Source: Octopus vulgaris (lineage: Eukaryota). From it: a stretch of 64,000 nt of DNA. The translations under genes were made by a program, and so were the position numbers. Position 1 is the first letter of the stretch; the number at the start of each line of letters is the position of its first letter. Positions 13,315-64,000 of this stretch are shown piece after piece. The DNA lies in contig OX597821.1 in assembly GCA_951406725.2 (NCBI GenBank), forward strand, positions 22,568,001-22,632,000, given 5' to 3'. The notes below the pieces were generated by a model. It was not told the origin of the DNA. It worked only from the letters and a program-made list of their open reading frames with translations, and searched no databases.

Positions 13315-14096
13315 CTAGCACTATCGCCCGGCGTTGCTCGGGTTTGTAAGGGAAATAACTATATAAGCATTTTTAGAGAGTTACTTCCCTTATATAATTG
13401 CAAAAAAATGCATTAAAAATGGGAAAATATGATGGTAAATTTTTTTTAAATCGTAGACGCGCGCTAATACCCAGAAGGGCTCGATATGAATCATGACTAT
13501 AAGATACCTGCTTTTGGTTACACTGCACCGCAAAATGTGGGAGTAGTTAGGAATCTAAATCGTAAAAGACAGACGCACAACTTCACTTTTATATATAAAG
13601 ACTAGCAGTATCGCCCGGCGTTGCTCGGGTTTGTAAGGGAAATAACTATATACGCATTTTTAGAGAGTTACTTCCCTTATAAATTCGGGCTTTCTTAGCC
13701 ATTTTTGTTTTGGTGTCTTCAAGCCATGAAGTCGTTGTTCTAAAAGAACGCTGGTTTCCTTCACAGCGCATTACGACGTTGATTTCTTTACACTCCCTTC
13801 CCCACAGCTTCACGAGGGAGGGAAGGGGGAGAAGCAAACAGGTGCAGCTGTGAGCGTGAACGCCAACCATCGACACACGATGCATTTTATGCATTAAAAT
13901 GGAATAAAAAATGTTAAATTATTTTTAAAATCGTAGACTCATCGTTGACGCGCGCTAATAGCCAGACGGGCTCGATATGAATCACGACTATAAGATACCC
14001 GAATTTGGTTAAACTGCACCGCAAAATGTGGGAGGAGTTAGGAATCTAAATCGAAGGGGACAGACACTCACACAACTAAAGTTTTATATATATAGA
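13315..14096 (-). mobile_element. Two abutting non-autonomous Helitrons (13315-13601 and 13602-14096)
   Basis: Each has 5' TC, subterminal hairpin CCCGAGCAACGCCGGG and 3' CTAG on the minus strand; the pair sits between A and T. Confidence 0.85.
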
Positions 14097-17072
14097 TATG
14101 TCAAACAAATGAAATTCACTTTTCATTGACAAGTTACAGTTACCTCCCTTTATTTGTTTTATTAATGGAGTTCAAATCCTGAATTAGTATATATTTAAAG
14201 GCTCAGTGGTTATAGCGTCGGTCTCACAATCATCAGGTAGTGAGTTCGATTCCTGGACCAAGTGTGTGTTGTGTTCTTGAGCAAGACATCTTATTTCACA
14301 TTGCTCCAGTTCACTGATGCCAAGCTGTATCGGCCCCTTTGCCTTTCCCTTGTATAACAGCAGTAGCATGGAAAGGAGGGGAGGCTGGTATGCATGGGCG
14401 ACTGCTGGTCTTCTATAAACAACCTTGGTGGGACTTGTGCCTCAGAGGGTGTTCCAGGTGTTATCCTATGACCATTCAGGACCGAAGGGGTTCTTAACAT
14501 TTTTTAGATATTTACAGCAAAGAAATCTCACATGTTCTTTTCTACCAAAGGCATAAGGCCTGAAATTTGGGGGAGTTGGGGAGTCAATTTCATTGATCCC
14601 AGTGCGTAACTGGTACTTATTTCATCGACCCCAAAAGGATGCAAGCAAAGTCGACCTCAGCAGAATTTGAACTCATAATGACGGGCGAAATACTACTAAG
14701 CATTTCATCCAGAGTACTAACAATTCTGCCAGCTCACCACCTTAGAAATCTCACATATTAAGAGAAAGACTTAAGTGCCTTTGATGTTTTATCTGTCTAC
14801 TTATCTGTTTTATCTGTCTACGCAGTGGGACTGAACCCGGAACCATGTGGTTCATAAACAAGCTACTTACCACACAGCCACTCCTATGTATGTATGTGTT
14901 CGAGTGTCTGTGTTTGTCCCCCTAGCATTGTTTGACAACCGATGCTGGTGTGTTTACGTCTCCGTCACTTAGCAATTCGGCAAAAGAGACTGATAGAATA
15001 AGTACTGGGCTTACAAAGAATAAGTCCCGGGTTCGATGTGCTCGACTAAAGGCGGTGCTCCAGCATGGCTGCAGTCAAATGACTGAAACAAGTAAAAGAG
15101 TACAAGATTTAAATATGAGCTGCTATAAGTTTTCTTCCTCTCACAATACAAAAGTTCAACAAAGCTGTACAGTGTCATGTTCTACTGAGCAATTTTACAG
15201 GCTCAGAATACAACATGCCTGCTCTCTTAGGGAAAAATGAGAAAGAGCAAGAGGAAAATGAAGAAAGGGATCAAGTAAAAAAAAATGTATGGAGGGGAGA
15301 TATGTGGTTAAATCAACCAGGGAGAGTTAAAGTTTGTGAGACTGTACACTTAATCTAGAGAGGGTGGTGTTCTTTAGTTTGATCATGATGCTAATTTTGG
15401 ATCCAGAATTCAGTAGATCAGTGGAATATTTGGATTTAGAAAGGATATAAGTTCTTTTGGCTATACAAGGCCCATACATTTTTTACCCATTAATATGTAA
15501 ATTATTTTTAAAATCGTAGACTCATCGTTCTAATAGCCAGACGGGCTCGATATGAATCACGACTATAAGATACCCGAATTTGGTTAAACTGCACCGCAAA
15601 ATGTGGGAGGAGTTAGGAATCTAAATCGAAGGGGACAGACACTCACACAACTAGAGTTTTATATATATAGATATGTCAAACAAATGAAATTCACTTTTCA
15701 TTGACAAGTTACAGTTACCTCCCTTTATTTGTTTTATTAATGGAGTTCAAATCCTGAATTAGTATATATTTAAAGGCTCAGTGGTTATAGCGTCGGTCTC
15801 ACAATCATCAGGTAGTGAGTTCGATTCCTGGACCAAGTGTGTGTTGTGTTCTTGAGCAAGACATCTTATTTCACATTGCTCCAGTTCACTGATGCCAAGC
15901 TGTATCGGCCCCTTTGCCTTTCCCTTGTATAACAGCAGTAGCATGGAAAGGAGGGGAGGCTGGTATGCATGGGCGACTGCTGGTCTTCTATAAACAACCT
16001 TGGTGGGACTTGTGCCTCAGAGGGTAACGTTCCAGGTGTTATCCTATGACCATTCAGGACCGAAGGGGTTCTTAACATTTTTTAGATATTTACAGCAAAG
16101 AAATCTCACATGTTCTTTTCTACCAAAGGCATAAGGCCTGAAATTTGGGGGAGTTGGGGAGTCAATTTCATTGATCCCAGTGCGTAACTGGTACTTATTT
16201 CATCGACCCCAAAAGGATGCAAGCAAAGTCGACCTCAGCAGAATTTGAACTCATAATGACGGGCGAAATACTACTAAGCATTTCATCCAGAGTACTAACA
16301 ATTCTGCCAGCTCACCACCTTAGAAATCTCACATATTAAGAGAAAGACTTAAGTGCCTTTGATGTTTTATCTGTCTACTTATCTGTTTTATCTGTCTACG
16401 CAGTGGGACTGAACCCGGAACCATGTGGTTCATAAACAAGCTACTTACCACACAGCCACTCCTATGTATGTATGTGTTCGAGTGTCTGTGTTTGTCCCCC
16501 TAGCATTGTTTGACAACCGATGCTGGTGTGTTTACGTCTCCGTCACTTAGCAATTCGGCAAAAGAGACTGATAGAATAAGTACTGGGCTTACAAAGAATA
16601 AGTCCCGGGTTCGATGTGCTCGACTAAAGGCGGTGCTCCAGCATGGCCGCAGTCAAATGACTGAAACAAGTAAAAGAGTACAAGATTTAAATATGAGCTG
16701 CTATAAGTTTTCTTCCTCTCACAATACAAAAGTTCAACAAAGCTGTACAGTGTCATGTTCTACTGAGCAATTTTACAGGCTCAGAATACAACATGCCTGC
16801 TCTCTTAGGGAAAAATGAGAAAGAGCAAGAGGAAAATGAAGAAAGGGATCAAGTAAAAAAAAATGTATGGAGGGGAGATATGTGGTTAAATCAACCAGGG
16901 AGAGTTAAAGTTTGTGAGACTGTACACTTAATCTAGAGAGGGTGGTGTTCTTTAGTTTGATCATGATGCTAATTTTGGATCCAGAATTCAGTAGATCAGT
17001 GGAATATTTGGATTTAGAAAGGATATAAGTTCTTTTGGCTATACAAGGCCCATACATTTTTTACCCATTAAT
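13916..17072 (+). repeat. Direct tandem duplication, unit about 1578 bp (13916-15494 and 15499-17072)
   Basis: Copies near-identical; duplicate ORFs 14932/16510 and 14184/15759. Confidence 0.95.
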
Positions 17073-20000
17073 GTATGGTGGGGATCATTCTATGACGTTC
17101 CACTTGATGATGTGGTGGGACATTGCTGGCCTTCAGGTACCAGATATGGCTTGCTACATGTCAGAAAGAAGACTAGTGATTATTATAATCTCATTTTGAA
17201 ATTGCTTTCACATAGTCCAATATACATTTTCTTTTGAGTTTCATTATTTTGTAAAACTGAGATAAGCTCAGCTTAAGTCATGTCTCCTCTAAGGAAATAT
17301 TCAATAAGGTAGTCTCCTACTATAATAAAGCCTTGGCTAAGGGTGGCATCAAAGAGAAGGTAATGCAAACCCCTACCTTTTAGAAAGAGTATATGGTTCA
17401 CCTCTTTGTCTTTGAATGTTAAAATGAACATAGGCAAAAAGTTCCTTGCCTTGATAGATAAGCATTTCCCAGATAGCCACAGTTATAATAAAATGGTTAA
17501 TAGATGTTCAAGTTTCTTACAGTTTCTGCCCCAATATGAAAAATGTAATTACATGTAAGTCACTCCAGATTCCTACCCCAAGATATAACTGTTGAGATCC
17601 AGACACTGACCCACTCAACCAGGCATGCACTGGCAGAGATTTATGAAGCTGAGGTCAGCTCAGTGCTACAAAATAATGAAACTTAAAAGAAAAAATATAC
17701 TGGACAATGTGAAAATGATTGAAAAAAAAGAAAGATATGCCAATTACCAACACATAAGAAGAAAACCACTTAGTTAATTAGCCATACTAGGACTAGAAGG
17801 CAACAATACCCCAACACATCAAAAGGAGCATAATTTTATTAAAAATAAAACAATATTTGTTCAGAAAAAAAAAAGAAAAAAAGAATTCTCAAATTAAATG
17901 ATAACAACTTGGTTATGCTTTCCACTTTTGTTTTTATTGAAAATCTGACATCTTGTATTTGATGATATAGATTGTGTCTATATCTTAGTCATTTGTTTCA
18001 TATATGTTGCAGTGATTATATGTTATAAAGGCAAGAGTCATTTGTTAAAAAATATAGAGTATAACTATTTTTACCAACAACTTTCATGCCATTCAAACTA
18101 TTATAAAAGCTTAGTATTAGCCATTTCATAGGAAAATTTAGGAGGAAAAATAATTTGAGATGAAATTTGTCAAATTTCCATGCTGTATATTTTAAATCCA
18201 TTCTCATAATTGGTTGACAAATGCATGTAAAATTAAGATTTATATCTAAATCTTCAGTTATGTTTCCTGTCAGCACATTTAGATTGAATCAAAGTTTAGA
18301 GTCTGTCTTAAAAACTCACAAAAAATTAGTCAAGCCAATAACAACCATTAAAAGAGATACAAGTATCAAGTACAACACTGAGTTTCTGGACACTGAAGGT
18401 CTGGAATTGTCTACAATCCATGCTAATTTACAAGCAGGCACTTCAAATTCCAATGGTCATCAAACTAGTTTACTGGTACCTGACACAGTACAGTATTAAT
18501 AAACTTATATTATTTGTACTAATATATTTCATTCAACTTTTTAAGCAAATTTAGAACCCCTGGTTCCAAAAAATCAGTAACCCAGAATGGCTTTGAAACC
18601 AAAGATTCTGGAAAATCAGTGTCATATTTGTATTACAAGTATTCTTTCAACAGGTTCAGCCAATTTTAAGCAATGATCTTTCAAGCCATGAAGAGACCTT
18701 TGAATTTGACATCATGACTTCAAAACATTTAAATCTGGTTTTACAAAATATATAAGAAGTTTTCGTCAACTGATGTCAAGTAACAGGTATGTACTATGAG
18801 TGATCAGTTTGGTCTACCACTCCAGGATGAACTGCAACTGGAAGTGGTGACTAGAAACCATTTCTAGCTGCCTCTGATAAGCAGCCTTTAAATTTATTTT
18901 CAGACAACTTTTAGAAGTCTTTTTAAATGCGACCTCATATCTCTTAGACATCGGTTAAATTCATTAAAGCCTTAACTGTGGTCTTATCTTTTTAGACAAA
19001 TGACTGTTGAAAATTAGAATTATCCTTTTCTCATTACAACTTTTTTTTTTTTTACAGTACATCCCAAAAAAAACTTTAAATGGATGAAAAAATAGTGTAA
19101 TTAGAACTGGGATAAGCAATAATGGAGGAAAGTAAAAATTCAACTGGAATTCTATGATGTAGCCGAGCGTGTTCATGCATTTTCATTGCACACCTGTACA
19201 CACACCTATTACATTATTGGATTCAACTCATTTTGTACTGTTGTGCAGCAGGAGTCTTGTCACCTACATCAGTGGTGGACCCCCAACAGGGGTAAGCCAG
19301 GGTAGCTCTGATATCATGGTAGAAGGGATAGAAACCACTACTTCACCACCTGGTGAAACATTAAAGACTTTTGCATTCGGAGACAAAATACAGTAGCACT
19401 ATCTGCACTTAAGTTTTGACTAGCAGTTTCACTCATTTGAAGTTTGTTTTGCTATTTCAAATTTTCTTGGTTTCCAACACATCATAAAAGATCTGCTGAA
19501 ACAACCCTGACCCTTACAGACACAACAGAGCAAATGCCTAAAATTTAATTAATAAAAATAAACTCTAATATTTGTATTGAGTGAAATTGTTTTCTTTTCA
19601 TTTGCACATACAAAAGAATAAACACACACACATATTTTATACAACATCAAAAAATACATTTTCACACCCACACACTGGTGTGTATAACATTTATGTATAT
19701 ACAAACATTGAACAGCTCTAACTGAAATTTTTATTTTGCCACAGAGAAACTTCTCAAAGAGATTTATGTTAAAAAACAAAAAAACACAGTACTCTTTGAG
19801 AAGATTCTCTGAGACAGATTCCAGCCAGTGCCAATCCACGTTTGTATACATATTATAAATGTTATACGCACTGTTATTTTAATCTAAAGCTGTTTCATGC
19901 GCATATACTTTTCCTGATATATATATATATATATATACACATACAAAATCAATTGCAGCATGGAAGGTGTGTATAAACCATTTAAAATCACGCAAAAACC

Positions 20001-20224
20001 ATTAGATTCTCTTCAACATTTAAATTTGATTTGCCAAAATATTTTCATCGCTTTGAGACCGCGACCTGTTCACTGTGTTACAAAATTTCATGAGCATGGA
20101 ATTTTGTCGGTGAACAGGTCACGGTCTCAAAGCGGCAAAAATATATATGCATGTATGTGTGTGAAGCAGTAAAATAGTAAAATAATGAAGACAGAGAGCT
20201 TCTTACAATGTAAAAAGGAAAAAG

Positions 20225-20230
20225 TTTATT
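20225..20230 (-). promoter_or_regulatory. Candidate GLDC polyadenylation signal (AATAAA); alternatives at about 19730 and 17835
   Basis: TTTATT on + strand about 590 nt after the stop; hexamer only, in AT-rich DNA and inside a repeat arm. Confidence 0.25.
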
Positions 20231-20817
20231 AACCCTTGTATATATTTTAGGTACAAATACCCATGATCAGAAATAAGCAGCCATAACAATCAACAGGGCC
20301 ACTACTGTATGGATTAACATTTCTTGAACTCTGATCACTTCTAACGATGTTTAAAATATTGAAAAGTTATTAAACTTTTTCCTTTTCAATTTGTAAGAAG
20401 CTCTTTATCTTCACACTTTTACTTAAAAAAAAAGCTACAATGCTCTTTCTTTTCGTATTTATAATATATTTCAAGAAGTTAAAAAAAGTTATGACCAGTT
20501 ATAGAGTGACCAATGGCTTCACACCTATAAAGCACTTAGCAATATAGGTGACTCGTCAGACGTATCTGAGTCTGATGAGTCACTTATAATGCTAAGCATT
20601 TTAAAGGGGCAAAACCAACAGCCAATCTATAACTGGCCATATCTTTTAACTTCCTAAAAAAAATACATTACTGCTATAATGTTTTAGATGTGCTTCTTTT
20701 TCACATATATGAACTACTGACAATATATATATATATATACACATATTGACACATTTAAAAAAAAATTTTTTTCTTCATTGATTTATGTTGTCTTTCATTT
20801 CTTCATTCCTTCAATTC

Positions 20818-63712
<42,895 letters not shown>

Positions 63713-64000
63713 CTGGCGAGGGAAACAAGGGTAGGTAGATAGTATCAGATATGAGAAAAACAAAATCATTATCATCAATATATATATAAGGTATATATAT
63801 ATATATATACATATATAAGGTTAATCCAAACATGAAAACACAACGCGAGGACATGGAACAAGTATAGTGTTATTGGACGCTCAGGAAAGGAAAGAAAGAA
63901 GGAGGATTTAATATTTTGAGTGGAGCTCTTTGTCAGAAACATAGGAAAAGGAAAGATCCAAGGAAGAGAAGACAGAGGGAAAAAAATTGCTAATAATACA

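Noticed and set aside
18365-18632. Possible Tigger-like MITE
   Set aside because: Inverted ends are too degenerate to support and there is no second copy in the window.
19169-19400. Possible exon (plus-strand ORF; minus-strand LSPNAKVF resembles a PAM2 motif)
   Set aside because: The minus frame has a stop four codons upstream and is short; no partner exons or recognisable domain on either strand.

Overview
AT-rich, repeat-dense animal genomic DNA. The SINE families, microsatellite load and intron sizes suggest an octopus or other coleoid cephalopod (inference). The only host gene I can support is the 3' part of glycine decarboxylase (GLDC, glycine cleavage system P protein) on the minus strand: 17 exons from 63712 down to the stop at 20818, 1941 nt, one open frame of 646 aa, all introns GT-AG, with the PLP-binding LNLHKTF motif. 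Its 5' exons lie beyond the right edge. Bases 1 to about 17.5 kb look intergenic. Almost all ORFs in the supplied track are read-throughs of SINEs or microsatellites. Repeats include at least four SINE types, LINE fragments (RTE, CR1, L1/Tx1, RLE-type), mariner relics, hAT and piggyBac-type MITEs, non-autonomous Helitrons, a fold-back element with an internal telomere-like array, and a 1.58-kb near-identical tandem duplication. The most interesting signal is a family of fold-back elements (best copy a perfect 140-bp-arm palindrome at 60221-60506). Each intact arm folds as a minimal type I hammerhead ribozyme whose core has the compensatory swap G3:C8 (GUGAACA instead of CUGANGA), locked against its own antisense. 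Several other decayed hammerhead-bearing inverted repeats, probably Penelope-like relics, occur in the window, and three hairpins are stacked just downstream of the GLDC stop codon. All folding and alignment was done by eye.
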